DNA of 64,000 nt from an uncultured Nitrososphaerota archaeon (GCA_963701075.1 OY969559.1:1472001-1536000), one strand, 5' to 3'; positions 21,342-32,990 are shown, numbered from the stretch's first letter. Notes: generated by a model from the letters alone, not told the origin. Numbers and translations: made by a program.

Positions 21342-21519
21342 ATGGCATATGAGAATGTAATAATTATTGTTGTAGTTATCGCAGTGCTTATTTTTGGAGC
21401 GAAAAAGATCCCAGAGCTGAGCTAGAACATTTGGCAAGGCAAAAGGGGAATACGAGAAAGGAAGAATAGAAGCAGACAAGGAACTAAAAGAGTTCAAAGA
21501 CAAAGAAGAACTCAAGTAA
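21342..21519 (+). pseudogene. tatA: TatA, frameshifted (+1 base near 21419-21420; possibly a sequencing error)
   Basis: Removing one base gives MAYENVIIIVVVIAVLIFGAKKIPEL|ARTFGKAKGEYEKGRIEADKELKEFKDKEELK*; follows tatC. Confidence 0.85.
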
Positions 21520-21556
21520 AGAACGCTTTTTTACCCATACAAAAAGAGATATTCCA

Positions 21557-22649
21557 TTGATCAAAAGATCAGAGATTCAAAAAATAGTAAAAGAATACTC
21601 GGATCTCTCTATAGGTACACTTGGTAGCCACTCCGCCCTTGAGATAATGGATGGTGCCAAAGATGAAGATTTTAGGACAATAGTAGTATGCCAAAAAGGC
21701 AGGGAAGTTCCGTACAAAAGATTTTCACGAATTGTCGACGAAATGATCATAGTCAATAAATTCAAAGACATGCTCTTGCCCAAGATTCAATCAAGGCTTA
21801 GGTCATCAGACACCATAATAGTTCCACACAGAGGCTCTTACTGCATATCTTGGATATGAAGCAGTAGAAAACAAGTTAAAGGTGCCGTTGTTTGGAAATC
21901 GCTCACTCTTTCAGGCAGAAGAACGTGCATACAAGAAGAACCAATACTATCTGCTACAAAAGGCCAAGATAAGACTGCCCAGAATTTTCAAAGACCCAAA
22001 AGACATAGACAGACCTGTCATAGTAAAGGTTCAAGAAAAGACACGCAAGTTAGAAAGAGCTTTTTTTATAGCAACTTCTTATTCAGATTACAAAGATAAA
22101 ACTGAAAAGAAAATCAGACAGGGATTGATATCAAGGGACGCATTAAAGGTTGCAAGCATTGAAGAATTCATAATTGGCACCTACTTTAATTTCAATTATT
22201 TCCATACACCAATATCAGACGAGGTAGATTTTCTTGGAATTGAAAGGAGGTTACAGACGAACATTCATGACTTTGTTTCATTGCCAGCAAAGCAACAACT
22301 TGAGACAAACATAGAATTGCAAAACATCGAGGTTGGTCACACGCCTGCCAGTATACGCGAATCGTTGCTAGAAAAGGTAATAGAGACAGGAGACAAGTTT
22401 GTGTCAGCAGTAAAAAAAGAATATCCCCCCGGCATCATAGGCCCATTTTCGCTTCAAAGTGTAATCACAAAAGACTTGGAGATAATAGTATACGATGTAT
22501 CACTTAGAGTTCCAGGCAATCCAATTCTTGCAACTACCAGTCCATATACAAAATACAAGTATGGAACAACTTTTGGCGTAGGCAGAAGAATAGCAATGGA
22601 GATAAGAAAAGCACAGCAAGAAGGAAAACTCGAAGAGATAGTAACCTAG
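21557..22649 (+). pseudogene. purP: PurP-family formate-AICAR ligase, frameshifted (+1 G near 21833)
   Basis: GSHSAL, VPHR|ALTAYLG (joined by removing one G), FGNR, ERAFF, GHTP and IIGPF.LQ. Confidence 0.88.
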
Positions 22650-23071
22650 GCTTCCATTTTTTCTTTTAAAAGATTTTTTCTGACAAGTATCGGTATATTG
22701 TAAAATGATGCCAGTGCAATGGCATCGGATGCCCTGTAGTTTCGCATGACAAGATCATTTTTTCCTGTAAAGTAAAGATTGGCACGCAGTACACTCCCAC
22801 TTTCATACACTTTTATCCTAACAAGAACTAATTCGTTGACTTCAGCAATTTCCTCAATCATGTTGTATATTGTAGGTATTGCGCCTCTTTCTCCTTCAAT
22901 AAAATTTGTAATGTGTCTTGCAACCTCTCCTGAAAATGCCCTTATGTGAAATTCTTTACCATCATCAGCTCGCAGTATAACCAGACCTTCTACGCCATAT
23001 GGATCAATAAAACCAACGTAGGTGATCTTAGTCTCCGCATAATCAGAATCTTGAGGCTCGTCTATCTTCAC
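22646..23071 (-). CDS. Bifunctional nuclease / DUF151 family protein
   Basis: PTIYNM and RASDAIALA...PILV motifs. Confidence 0.85.
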   Translation of the reverse strand: MKIDEPQDSDYAETKITYVGFIDPYGVEGLVILRADDGKEFHIRAFSGEVARHITNFIEGERGAIPTIYNMIEEIAEVNELVLVRIKVYESGSVLRANLYFTGKNDLVMRNYRASDAIALASFYNIPILVRKNLLKEKMEA

Positions 23072-23158
23072 GGCTATTCTTTATCGAGCGCCATTGCAGA
23101 TAAATACTTTGAAAAAAACAGATAGAATTTAATGTCACCGTGTCACGTTTTTTACTAG

Positions 23159-24001
23159 TTGGAAAAACAAAGCACAGTACACCGTTCACACAGAATGTTG
23201 ATCACTGTTGGATTTGTAGCAATAGCTGCATCATTTCTTGCCTATGCAAGAAATGATGAGATTACCATAACTCCCGCGGCTATGCCAGCATTGCAGAATT
23301 TGGCAGTAGCAACATATGTCATTTTATTCACGTCATTTGGTGCAATAGGATGGGGTTTGTACAAGTTTTACAAAGCCAAGATAGAGCTTCCTGATTCATC
23401 AACTGCTTCGATAATTTCTAACGCCATAAACAACAAGAGGGCAAAACAGATCTTTATCATAAGTGCTATAGGATATGGAATATTTTTCGGACTAACGTCT
23501 GGGATGATCCTCTACAAGCCAGAGATCAATGCAACAGACTATGGTTTCCCAACTCCTCCACATATTGAGCTCTCCCCTTGTTGTGATTTGCCAGGATACA
23601 TGCCAATGATATTTGCCTTTTTCACAGAACATGTAGGATTACAAATCGTTCCAATAAACTTGGTTCTTCTTGTTGCAGTGTCCTTTCTAGTTGGATTGAA
23701 TTTTGCCCTTTCTGCAACCACGTTTACAGTAGCAAGAGGTGCAGGAAAGTTTGGCGCGTTTGGTGCAGTAACAGGACTCTTTGTCGGGTGCCCCACCTGT
23801 GCTGGCACGGCCTTTACAATGCTTTTTGGCCTGGGAGCTAGTGCAACAGGTGTAACATTGTTTTTGACCAGTTATGAAGCACAACTTCAAACTATATTCA
23901 TAGCTGCTTCAATTCCTGTGTTAATTGCCACTCCATTCATCATGGCAAGAAAGATAAGAAAAGCACAGAACGGAAGTTGTGCATTAGAGCCTAAGCAATA
24001 G
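23159..24001 (+). CDS. Multi-pass membrane protein with CC and CPTC motifs
   Basis: 6-7 hydrophobic segments; SPCCD and GCPTCAG. Confidence 0.75.
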   Translation: MEKQSTVHRSHRMLITVGFVAIAASFLAYARNDEITITPAAMPALQNLAVATYVILFTSFGAIGWGLYKFYKAKIELPDSSTASIISNAINNKRAKQIFIISAIGYGIFFGLTSGMILYKPEINATDYGFPTPPHIELSPCCDLPGYMPMIFAFFTEHVGLQIVPINLVLLVAVSFLVGLNFALSATTFTVARGAGKFGAFGAVTGLFVGCPTCAGTAFTMLFGLGASATGVTLFLTSYEAQLQTIFIAASIPVLIATPFIMARKIRKAQNGSCALEPKQ

Positions 24002-24245
24002 ATTTTGTAACCTGAGGGGTTTTCCAGTCTCCAATATTGTAACCATCTTGTCGCAAATATTTTAGAGTAAGCTTGTAGACCAACTCGTCATTGTCAGAGA
24101 CTTCTAGAATTTCTTTCCAAGTGACCACTCCTGTCTGCTCTATCTTCTTTTCAAGTTGAGAAGAGACAGATTTTGCTATCTCTCGGCATTGATCAAATGT
24201 TTTACCATTTTTGTAAGCTCTTGTCCTTGAATCACAGGCGTCCAC
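23991..24245 (-). CDS. Hypothetical protein
   Basis: 84-aa ORF, GTG start, native composition. Confidence 0.7.
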   Translation of the reverse strand: MDACDSRTRAYKNGKTFDQCREIAKSVSSQLEKKIEQTGVVTWKEILEVSDNDELVYKLTLKYLRQDGYNIGDWKTPQVTKSIA

Positions 24246-24318
24246 AGTTCACAGAATACATGACCTAAATAAAAAGTTCAATTTTTTGAGTTTATTTAAT
24301 AGAAGAGTTTTAAACTAA

Positions 24319-25251
24319 ATGAGATTTATAATTTGTCAATTGCTAACAGATAACAAACAGAAATTTGTCAACATCAATCCGGTGGATGCGCTTCTTTGGA
24401 CATTTCGTAGAAATGAAAATGATGTCATAAATCTTTACGATGCACTTTCATCCCTAATGCAGATCTCTACTGGAAGCAACATGCTCAACTTTGGATATTG
24501 GAATGAAACTACGTCTGATCCTCATCAAGCACAGATCACACTTTGTAAAACTATTGCAGAGATGGCTGAATTAGAATCAGCAAATGACATACTGGATGTA
24601 GGAAGTGGTTTTTCAGAACCTGCAATTATCTGGAAATCAGAATTTCCTCACATCAAGATATCTTGCCTGAATGTAAATCCACAACAACTCAATTTTGCCT
24701 CAAAAATTCTCAAAGGAAACGGTTCTGCATCAAATCAATGTAATTTTGGTTCAGATCACATTAGCCTTGTCAATTCTACTGCTACAAAATTGCCGTTTGC
24801 AGATAAATCCATGGACAGAATAATCGCCTTAGAGTCTGCACAGCACTTCAAGCCATTTTCAGAATTCATATCAGAAAGTAGAAGAGTGTTGAGGGAAAAA
24901 GGCATCCTAGTTCTAGCCATACCAACACTGGCAAAATCAGCAAAATCCCTTGAGGTTTTCAAGCTTGGCATACTGTCTTTTACGTGGTCATCTGAACACT
25001 ATGATCTTGAAAATATCAAAAAGACAATTACAGATGAAGGATTTAATGTGATTTCTACAGACTTCATAGGCTCAAAGGTATACGAGCCACTTACTGATTA
25101 TTACATGAGAGAAAGAGATGTTTTAAGATCAAAGATATTACAACAATATTCGCCATATGTTGAAAAGATTCTCTTCAAATCACTTTTAAAAATGAAAGAG
25201 GTTTCTGAAAACAAGACCATCGATTACATTCTTTTAAAGTGTGTCGTATAA
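24319..25251 (+). CDS. Class I SAM-dependent methyltransferase (sterol/tocopherol MT-like)
   Basis: NFGYW, ILDVGSG, LPFAD, ALESAQHF and RVL...G. Confidence 0.88.
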   Translation: MRFIICQLLTDNKQKFVNINPVDALLWTFRRNENDVINLYDALSSLMQISTGSNMLNFGYWNETTSDPHQAQITLCKTIAEMAELESANDILDVGSGFSEPAIIWKSEFPHIKISCLNVNPQQLNFASKILKGNGSASNQCNFGSDHISLVNSTATKLPFADKSMDRIIALESAQHFKPFSEFISESRRVLREKGILVLAIPTLAKSAKSLEVFKLGILSFTWSSEHYDLENIKKTITDEGFNVISTDFIGSKVYEPLTDYYMRERDVLRSKILQQYSPYVEKILFKSLLKMKEVSENKTIDYILLKCVV

Positions 25252-25297
25252 CAACAAACAAACCCTTATTTTGTAGTACGGCACAGTGTCATCATAA

Positions 25298-25347
25298 TAC
25301 CAGTTCGTCTGGTACCCACTGCGTAGAGTAATTTCTACGCAGGTGCC
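25298..25347. ncRNA. Candidate small structured RNA or regulatory double hairpin
   Basis: Stems taccag-ttcgt-ctggta and ctgcgtaga-gtaatt-tctacgcag in an intergenic gap; AT-rich box about 25-30 nt upstream on +. Confidence 0.3.
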
Positions 25348-25493
25348 ATTTTATCACAATCCATACTCTACAGGTAAAGCGTGCGTTTCCATCATTAGTT
25401 TTAAGAAATTTGTCATAGAAGATCAAAAAATATGTCGTACACCATTTAAACTAGAGAAAAAGAATTATTAGCACATTTTAACTATCTTGGTAT

Positions 25494-25658
25494 ATGGGCC
25501 TATTTCGAAAAAAAGAAACGCCTGAAACAAAATGTAAAGAGTGTGGCCTAGAATTCAATGACCCTGTACGTTTAGACAGACATATGAAAAAAGCCCACAA
25601 GCATGCGCCACAAAGGAAATCTGACGAACAAGGGTTTTCCACTGGTGGCATGTGGTAA
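25494..25658 (+). CDS. Small C2H2 zinc-finger protein (54 aa, not in ORF track)
   Basis: MGLFRKKETPETKCKECGLEFNDPVRLDRHMKKAHKH...GGMW*. Confidence 0.75.
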   Translation: MGLFRKKETPETKCKECGLEFNDPVRLDRHMKKAHKHAPQRKSDEQGFSTGGMW

Positions 25659-25703
25659 ATTCGCGATAGGTATAATTCACTATTCAAACGGCTATAGAAG
25701 AAG

Positions 25704-26333
25704 TTGGTTACCGCAGAGATACTTAGCAATTTGACGAATTTTATTATTCAAACCATATCAAATTCTGGATATGTAGGAATTTTCTTCCTCATGGTTGCCG
25801 AAAGTGCACTCATCCCCATACCAAGTGAGGTGATCATGCCATTTTCAGGCTATCTTGTCTCAACAGGAAAGTTCAATGTCATACTTGTCATAATGACAGG
25901 CTCCATCGGGAATCTCGTAGGAGCACTGATTGCATATTTTATTGGAGCGTATCTTGGGAGAAGTTTTGTTTTAAAATATGGCAAGTATGTTTTACTCAAA
26001 AAATCTCACCTTGAACTTGCCGAGTCTTATTTTAAAAAATATGGCAACAGATCAACTTTTGTCAGTAGATTATTGCCAGCGATAAGGACGTACGTATCTC
26101 TACCTGCAGGGGTTGCAAAGATGAACTTGAAGAAATTTGCAGTTTTCACTCTAGCAGGCTCTATAATATGGAATACCGCATTAACATACATTGGCCTAAA
26201 ATTAGGCGAGGAATGGAATAGCATCAGAAAGTATTCAGATTATTTTGACGCTGTTGTCGTAATAGTTGTAATAGTTGCCATTATTGCATACTGGAAGAAG
26301 AGAAAGGCCACACAGCCAGTCAACGATCCTTAA
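25704..26333 (+). CDS. dedA: DedA family membrane protein
   Basis: ESALIPIPSE, F.KYG and SRLLPAIRTYVSLPAG. Confidence 0.93.
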   Translation: MVTAEILSNLTNFIIQTISNSGYVGIFFLMVAESALIPIPSEVIMPFSGYLVSTGKFNVILVIMTGSIGNLVGALIAYFIGAYLGRSFVLKYGKYVLLKKSHLELAESYFKKYGNRSTFVSRLLPAIRTYVSLPAGVAKMNLKKFAVFTLAGSIIWNTALTYIGLKLGEEWNSIRKYSDYFDAVVVIVVIVAIIAYWKKRKATQPVNDP

Positions 26334-26601
26334 AATGGCTTAGTTCTTCTAGTATTATTTTGAATATTGTTTCATTATCAAGTAGAACGCATGGAATGTT
26401 GTTTTCCTTGCATGCCTTACCAACTTCGGTGTCTTCTGTGACCATTATCATGCCATTTTCTTCAGCATATTTTATCATAGAATAGTCACTAGTAAGTTTC
26501 TTGCCTTCTGCAACCAGTTTTTTTACACTTAGTGCTTCATATCCAAATTCCTTTAGTTTTGCATCTATTCCATCATACATTGCATCAACTAGCACTTTCA
26601 T
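26320..26601 (-). CDS. DUF5615/Mut7-C-like PIN-fold protein
   Basis: MKVLVDAM, SD..MI.YA and VTEDTE. Confidence 0.75.
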   Translation of the reverse strand: MKVLVDAMYDGIDAKLKEFGYEALSVKKLVAEGKKLTSDYSMIKYAEENGMIMVTEDTEVGKACKENNIPCVLLDNETIFKIILEELSHFKDR

Positions 26602-26859
26602 AGATTAACCTCAAAAGAGTTCCTATTTTTATCATTTGGTTTTAAGACAGATGACATGCACAATTTGATTTGGATTTGTTTTTCTTGCTAAAAAGATGAT
26701 TTTACATATAATGACATTGATTCTATGAAGACACATATTGCAATTATGTCCTAAAAGGAACCTTTAGAAACATTGCATAAAACTTTTAGATCATGGAGCT
26801 TTCCGTACCACATGAGAAAGGAATCAAAATGCGTATAAACACGTTCATTCTGCCCTAGC

Positions 26860-28535
26860 ATGAACATGATACTAGATACAATTTTTCTAAATATTTCTGT
26901 GAGGGAGTTTTCACATGTGCTTCTCTATTCCTCATATTCTTTGCTAAGAATGACTATTGCCCTTGTCATATCGTATGTATTTGCAATAACATATGGTGTT
27001 GCAGCAGCGCGTAACAAAAAAGCTGAAAAAATACTGATGCCCATTTTAGATATCTTACAATCGGTTCCCATTCTGGGATTCTTTCCGGCAGCCATATTCT
27101 TCTTTATCGCCTTATTCCATCAAAGTTGGGTTGGAGTTGAGATGGCTGCAGTATTTCTCATCTTTACAAGTCAAGCTTGGAATCTTGCCTTTGCAGTGTA
27201 TGAATCAGTATCATCCATACCTGCAGATTTGGAAGAGGTGTCAGGTTCATTCGGATTAAAAAAGTGGAAAAAATTCACGACATTGTACATCCCAGCGTCC
27301 TTACCAAAGCTGATCTATAACGGGATTTTATCATGGTCTGCAGGATGGTATTATTTGGTGGCTGCAGAAATGATCTCCATAGGGTCACAGCAGTTCAACA
27401 TGCATGGTATTGGAAGTCTATCTCAGCTGAAGCGACTTACACAGGAGACTATCAAGGAACAATCATGGGTCTTTCTGTGCTTGTCATGATAATTCTTTTT
27501 GTCGATTTGATATTGTGGCGCCCTCTAAGACACTATGCAAATAGATTCAGGTATGAAGCAGTGTCTTCTGAGGAAGATCAGTCTCACAAAGGCGGTATTC
27601 AGGATCAGAGAATTACATGGTTGCGAAGTCACTTATTCATATTACCTGTCAGATCTACAGGACTGACTCAGGCAATTACTACTAGCAGATTCAAACCAAT
27701 CATTGCAACCGTCAGACATGCTACAGAGGAACCAAAATTTGTTCAAAGACACCGCAAGCCGATACTGATTGCAGCGATAGTTATCATCTTGGGCATATTT
27801 GTTATTACAAGTGAAGCTTTTCTTGTAGGACTAGTCTCGTTTCCAGCTAGCATGACAAATGACTTGAAAAAACCAGAAATAGCTTCGGTGGCAGCCCAGA
27901 TCCCTGCTGCATTAGGAGCTTCAATACTTCGACTATTGGCAGCTTATCTAATCAGCATAGCATGGATTATTCCTCTAGCTCTAAAACTAGCAGGCAAGCC
28001 AAAATCTTTTGGCACGTCCATATTTACAATGGAGATTCTTGCGTCTCTTCCTGCAACTGCACTCTTTCCAATTATAGTGCTAGGAACCATGCATTTGCCA
28101 GGTGGTCTACAACTCACGTCAATTGTTCTCACAATGACTGGAATGCAGTGGTATCTGCTCTTTAACATACTGGGCGGGGTCAAGGCAATTCCATCAGACT
28201 TGGTTGAAGCAGCAAAGACATATCGCATCACAGGATTGCAAAAGCTCCGAAAATTTATCCTGCCTGCAATTCTTCCCACATTTATTACTGGAAGCATAAC
28301 TGCATGGGGTGGTGGATGGAATGCATTGGTTTTATCAGAATATATCACATTTAACAAACAGACATTATCCGTGCAAGGCATTGGGGCATTAATGAATGAA
28401 TCAGCGTACAATCTGGGTAGTGTTACTTTGCTTACTTTGACTATTGTTGTGATGGTCTGCGTAGTAGTAGGAATGAACAGATTGATATGGAGACGACTTT
28501 ACAAAATAACGTTTACAAAGTATAAGTTGGATTGA
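26860..28535 (+). pseudogene. NitT/TauT-type ABC transporter double permease, frameshifted near 27418-27425
   Basis: LDILQSVPILGF, SQAWN, WSAGWY and second-half GGWNAL motifs continue across a frame change (GIGS|...AEATYTGD). Confidence 0.85.
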
Positions 28536-28544
28536 TGAGATTAA

Positions 28545-29318
28545 TTGACAACACAAATTGAGATGCCAAAACTAGTTGAACTTCGTAATGTTACCAAAGC
28601 ATACGGCCCATTAACTCAGAGACCACAAGTTGTTTTGGAGCACATCAACTTCACGGTACGACAACATGAGTTTGTCAGCATAGTAGGACCGTCAGGATGT
28701 GGAAAATCAACACTCTTGAGAATAATGATAGGCCTTACCAAACCAGAAGATGGCGATGTGTATTATCACGATAAGAAGATTGGCGGAATTTGTGAGGCAA
28801 TGTCAATGGTTTTTCAGACGTTTGCATTATTTCCATGGTTAAATGTTATTGGAAATGTGGAACTTGGACTAGAAGGAAAGCCGTTTTCTAAAGAAGAAAA
28901 AAGAAAACGAGTATTAGACGTAGTCAAGGTAATTGGTCTTGAAGGATACGAGGAAGCTTATCCAAGAGAACTGTCAGGAGGGATGAAGCAACGTGTCGGA
29001 CTTGCAAGAGCAATGGTTTCAGAACCTGAAATTCTTTTGATGGATGAACCGTTCTCAGCATTAGATCCTTTGACCTCTACACACCTAAGAGAAGAGGTAT
29101 TGCACCTATGGGCAGACCCAACCTTGCCCCCAGAGGCAGTAGTAATGGTAACACATAATGTAGAAGAGGCGGTATACATGGCAGATAGGATTATTGTTTT
29201 GACATCTAGGCCAGGCACCATAGCCAAAGAGTTCCACATAGATCTACCCAGACCAAGAGATACGCGAAGCCCTGAACTATACAAGCTTGTAGACGAGATA
29301 ACAGGATTTATAGTATGA
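28545..29318 (+). CDS. NitT/TauT-type ABC transporter ATP-binding protein
   Basis: GPSGCGKST, LSGGMKQR, MDEPFSALD and VTHN. Confidence 0.95.
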   Translation: MTTQIEMPKLVELRNVTKAYGPLTQRPQVVLEHINFTVRQHEFVSIVGPSGCGKSTLLRIMIGLTKPEDGDVYYHDKKIGGICEAMSMVFQTFALFPWLNVIGNVELGLEGKPFSKEEKRKRVLDVVKVIGLEGYEEAYPRELSGGMKQRVGLARAMVSEPEILLMDEPFSALDPLTSTHLREEVLHLWADPTLPPEAVVMVTHNVEEAVYMADRIIVLTSRPGTIAKEFHIDLPRPRDTRSPELYKLVDEITGFIV

Positions 29319-29351
29319 TGAAGATTTATTTGGCAGCAATAAAACCGGAAT

Positions 29352-29861
29352 TTGTTTTATGGAGAAAATAGGTTGACCATTCCGCGTGTTCAAGTTGGAA
29401 GAATGATTGGGCTCTTGGAGATTTTACAAGACTTTAAGGGCAAGGTGGATTTGGCCAAAGTTGCAGAAGAGCTTAGACTAGAGCTTGATGACATACTTCC
29501 TGCGGTGGATGCTGCAAAGCTTTTGCGTCTACTTCAGGTAGATACAGGTGATCTGATTCTAACTGAAGATGGAAAAATGCTACTCTCAAATAATGCAAGC
29601 GGCAGAAAAAAAATGCTCAACAAGACATTGTCAAGTTTGGGAGAATTCAAAGGCATTACAGATTTTATTAAAAATGATCACGGTGGCGAAATAACAAAAG
29701 ATGAACTCATTGGATTCATTAAAGAAAACATGCCCGATGTTGATGCAGAGCAGACATTTTCATGGATTGTGGAATGGGGACGCTATTCATTATTGTTAAG
29801 GTATGATAGCGGCAGTGAAAAAATAAAGATCACACAGAAAAGCACAAGTTCCAAAGAGTAA
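29352..29861 (+). CDS. AAA-associated domain protein (stand-alone C-terminal partner of the ABC ATPase)
   Basis: GLLE, L.LDDILP.VDA, GDL.LT..G and WGRY motifs. Confidence 0.8.
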   Translation: MFYGENRLTIPRVQVGRMIGLLEILQDFKGKVDLAKVAEELRLELDDILPAVDAAKLLRLLQVDTGDLILTEDGKMLLSNNASGRKKMLNKTLSSLGEFKGITDFIKNDHGGEITKDELIGFIKENMPDVDAEQTFSWIVEWGRYSLLLRYDSGSEKIKITQKSTSSKE

Positions 29862-30070
29862 TCACTAGACAAGATTAGTATTATTCAGTGGTTTTTTCCC
29901 AGTGGACATTTTTATCAAATCTTTGATTTCCTTGTTAGTTATTATGCTAAAATAGATCATTTCTATTAAAATTGATTTAAATTAACTATAAATCTAGTAT
30001 AATCTCTATTTTGTATGGAAAATCAAAGGTTCATAAATCGAATTCACCAACTCTCGGAGAATTACCTATC

Positions 30071-31784
30071 ATGAAAGAATTTGGAACCTTAGAGTATGTC
30101 TTGGATACATATTCAAAAAACTGGACTTGGAAGCTGACCGGCTCTAGAGCTGTTAGCATGGTTGCCCGAGTTATTCCCCATGCATGGTATGGGGATGGTC
30201 CTGAAGAAGCTATAGTACCTGATACAGAACACAATGTTCAGAAAATTAAATGGATAATGGAAACATATCCACTTGAGATAAAATCTAGAAACATTTGGCA
30301 AAGAAAGACAAGACATATGAAAGTGTCAAAAAAGAAATGGACTAGAATAGAAAAATTGCGAAAAGCAAACCCCGGTGAGCAGTTCAGGGGCACGCTACTT
30401 AATTTTCAAAGAGAAGGACTGGATTTTCTTCTAAAATCTTCTGGCAATGCCCTTTTAGCTGACGAAATGGGATTGGGCAAGACAGTCCAGACCCTATCAT
30501 ATCTTGCAACAGAAAGACAAACATTTCCAGCTCTAATTGTTGCGCCTCTTGTGACCTTGAGCAATTGGCAAAGAGAAATTCAAAAGTTTCTCAAGAGAAG
30601 AAGCAGAAATGGAAGAATAGTTGAAGGTGAGTATCCAACATCAGTTTTAATTCGAACTGGCAAGTCACAGGAAATAGCCAAGCATGACATTTACATCATA
30701 AATTATGATCTGTTATACAAGAGGTTGGATGATCTTTCGAAACTTAACATAAAGACACTTGTATGCGATGAGGTGCAACACCTTCGTTCAAAATCAACTA
30801 AAAAGTATTCCGCAGTAAAGAAACTTGCCGCACTAGAATCTGTAAAATACAGAATCGGACTGTCTGGCACTCCAATCTACAACAGAGGATCTGAGATTTG
30901 GCCCATAGTAGACATACTCAGACCTGGACTACTTGGAAGTTTTGATGAATTTTGCGAGTATTTCTGCTATGTAAACGAGAAGGGCAAGGCAATAGTTCTT
31001 GAAAATAAACGTGCCAGCTTGGGTGAAGAGCTAAGAAAACATGTAATGCTAAGGCGCAAAAAGTCAGACGTACTAAAAGAGTTGAAAGAAAAAGTAAGAT
31101 ACAAAGAACTCATCGAGTCAGACATCAATTATTATCATGCTGAGCTTGACAAAATATGGAAGCGCTTAGAAGAAGAACAAAAAACTGCGACCTCTGCCTT
31201 TGACAAGTTTTCATCATACAAAAGAGCCATCCAAAGCGAGAGACAGGCAGCAGGCGCTGCAAAAGTACCTCATGTCATAGAGTTTGTCAAAAACATCATG
31301 GAGATAGAGGAAAGTGTTGTTGTGTTTTGCCACCACAAGGCAATTCATGGATTGTTACACAAGAGTCTTCATGAATATTCCCCGTCTTCCATCATAGGAG
31401 GCCAGACAGACAAAGAGCGACAAGGCAACATCGACAGATTCCAAAATGGTGAAACAAAGACTAATGATTGCAGGACTCAGGGCTGGCAATGTTGGAATCA
31501 ACCTGAGTAGGGCAAGATATGTAATATTTGCAGAACTTGATTGGAGTCCTGCCATTCACAGACAAGCTGAAGATAGATTACACAGGATAGGACAGAAGAA
31601 TACAGTATTTGCATACTATTTGATGGGCAATGGAACATTAGATGACCACGTAGCAAATGTGTTAGTTGACAAGAGTTATGAGATAGATGCCATCATGGAT
31701 GAAAAAGAAGAGCCTTTTGAAGACAAGGACAAGGCGGAATTAATCTTGGCCCAAATTCACGACAAGCTCTCAACTAAGCGCTAG
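30071..31784 (+). pseudogene. SNF2/SWI2-family helicase, frameshifted (+1 A near 31460)
   Basis: LADEMGLGKT, DEVQ, SGTP, then ETK|LMIAGLRAGNVGINL, WSPA..QAEDR.HRIGQ after removing one base. Confidence 0.88.
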
Positions 31785-31786
31785 TT

Positions 31787-31963
31787 TTATCGCTCTTCAT
31801 GTATCTCGTATGTGTCAAAAAAGTCCTGGCCTTCCCCTAAATGTTGTGTAATAAATGACTCTAGTTTTTTAATTACTTCGGCACGACTCATCCTTCCTTC
31901 CTTGGATACGTAATACTCTACATTTGATTTTCGAAATTTCTTATAGTTCATCCCTTTTGCCAT
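31787..31963 (-). CDS. Small hypothetical protein
   Basis: Likely start MAKGMNYKK at 31963, avoiding overlap with the next gene. Confidence 0.6.
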   Translation of the reverse strand: MAKGMNYKKFRKSNVEYYVSKEGRMSRAEVIKKLESFITQHLGEGQDFFDTYEIHEER

Positions 31964-31998
31964 TATTATTATTACAGAGTTATCCATAATAAGAGATC

Positions 31999-32736
31999 TT
32001 ATTGTCGCAACTTTTTTGCCTGCTTGATGCACTTGTCGCCCTCATTTTTTCTTCCTAGTTTGAGCAGGAGGCTTCCCTTGTTATACCAAGCATTTGCAAA
32101 GCCCGGATCAAGACTTGTTGCTTTATCAAATGATTCCAGTGCTTCATCATATCTTTTCAGATTGTAGAGACAGACGCCATTTAGATTCCAGACTGCTGCA
32201 TGTTTGGGATTGAGCGTTATTGCCTTTCCAAAAGACTTCAACGCTTCAGCATATCGTCCCAAGTCAGAGAGACATATACCCTGTAGGTTCCATGCACTCA
32301 GTGAATTTGAATCAATTTCCAGTACTTTATCATAGCATACCAGTGCCTCCTCGTATCTTTTCAAATTAGAAAAACAGTCACCCTTCTTGAGCCATGCGTT
32401 TGCATATCGTGGTAACTTTGCAGTAGCCTTGTCATAGCATACAATTGCCTCATCATACTTGTGTTTAGCAAAAAGTGCTTCAGCTTGGTCGTACCAGGAA
32501 ACAGCATCTTCAGGGTACAGATCGGCAAATTTTTTGTGTGATGTTACCACAGATTTGTGGTGATTTCGCAAGATTTCGTATGCATCTGCGATTAGTTTGA
32601 ATTGCTTGTCGTCTTTTTCTGGCGAATTTTTATCAGGATGGTACTTGAGGGCCAATTTTCTATATGCACTTTTTATCTCTTTTAGTGATGAGCCTGGTTC
32701 CACACCCAAAATTTCATAGCATTTGGAAACATTCAA
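31999..32736 (-). CDS. DnaJ-domain + TPR repeat protein
   Basis: YEILGV...[14 protein letters not shown]-domain followed by about 5 TPRs. Confidence 0.92.
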   Translation of the reverse strand: MNVSKCYEILGVEPGSSLKEIKSAYRKLALKYHPDKNSPEKDDKQFKLIADAYEILRNHHKSVVTSHKKFADLYPEDAVSWYDQAEALFAKHKYDEAIVCYDKATAKLPRYANAWLKKGDCFSNLKRYEEALVCYDKVLEIDSNSLSAWNLQGICLSDLGRYAEALKSFGKAITLNPKHAAVWNLNGVCLYNLKRYDEALESFDKATSLDPGFANAWYNKGSLLLKLGRKNEGDKCIKQAKKLRQ

Positions 32737-32990
32737 CTCGTATCGCCTTTCATGAAGAACATCTCATCAACTCTAATTTGCAAAAACCTCTACAAATTAG
32801 GCTTTCACAGCATAACATTATTAATTTTATCATGCATAAATGTAAAAACTCTATCTTTATGGCGCATTTATCAACAATCCAAACGATCATTTTGATATCA
32901 CAGCATGCAATTTCGTTGAATTTTATTTAATTCAAAGTATCAAAAAATTATTCCCAAGAAATAAATTGAAAAATATTTCAACAGAATTGA

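Noticed and set aside
25298-25314. gttcg hairpin as a tRNA T-arm
   Set aside because: The loop is 5 nt and no cloverleaf can be built; I found no tRNA or rRNA in the window.
29316-29352. Read-through fusion of the ABC ATPase with the AAA-associated domain (same frame)
   Set aside because: Three in-frame stops (TGA, TGA, TAA) separate them; two genes is the simpler reading.
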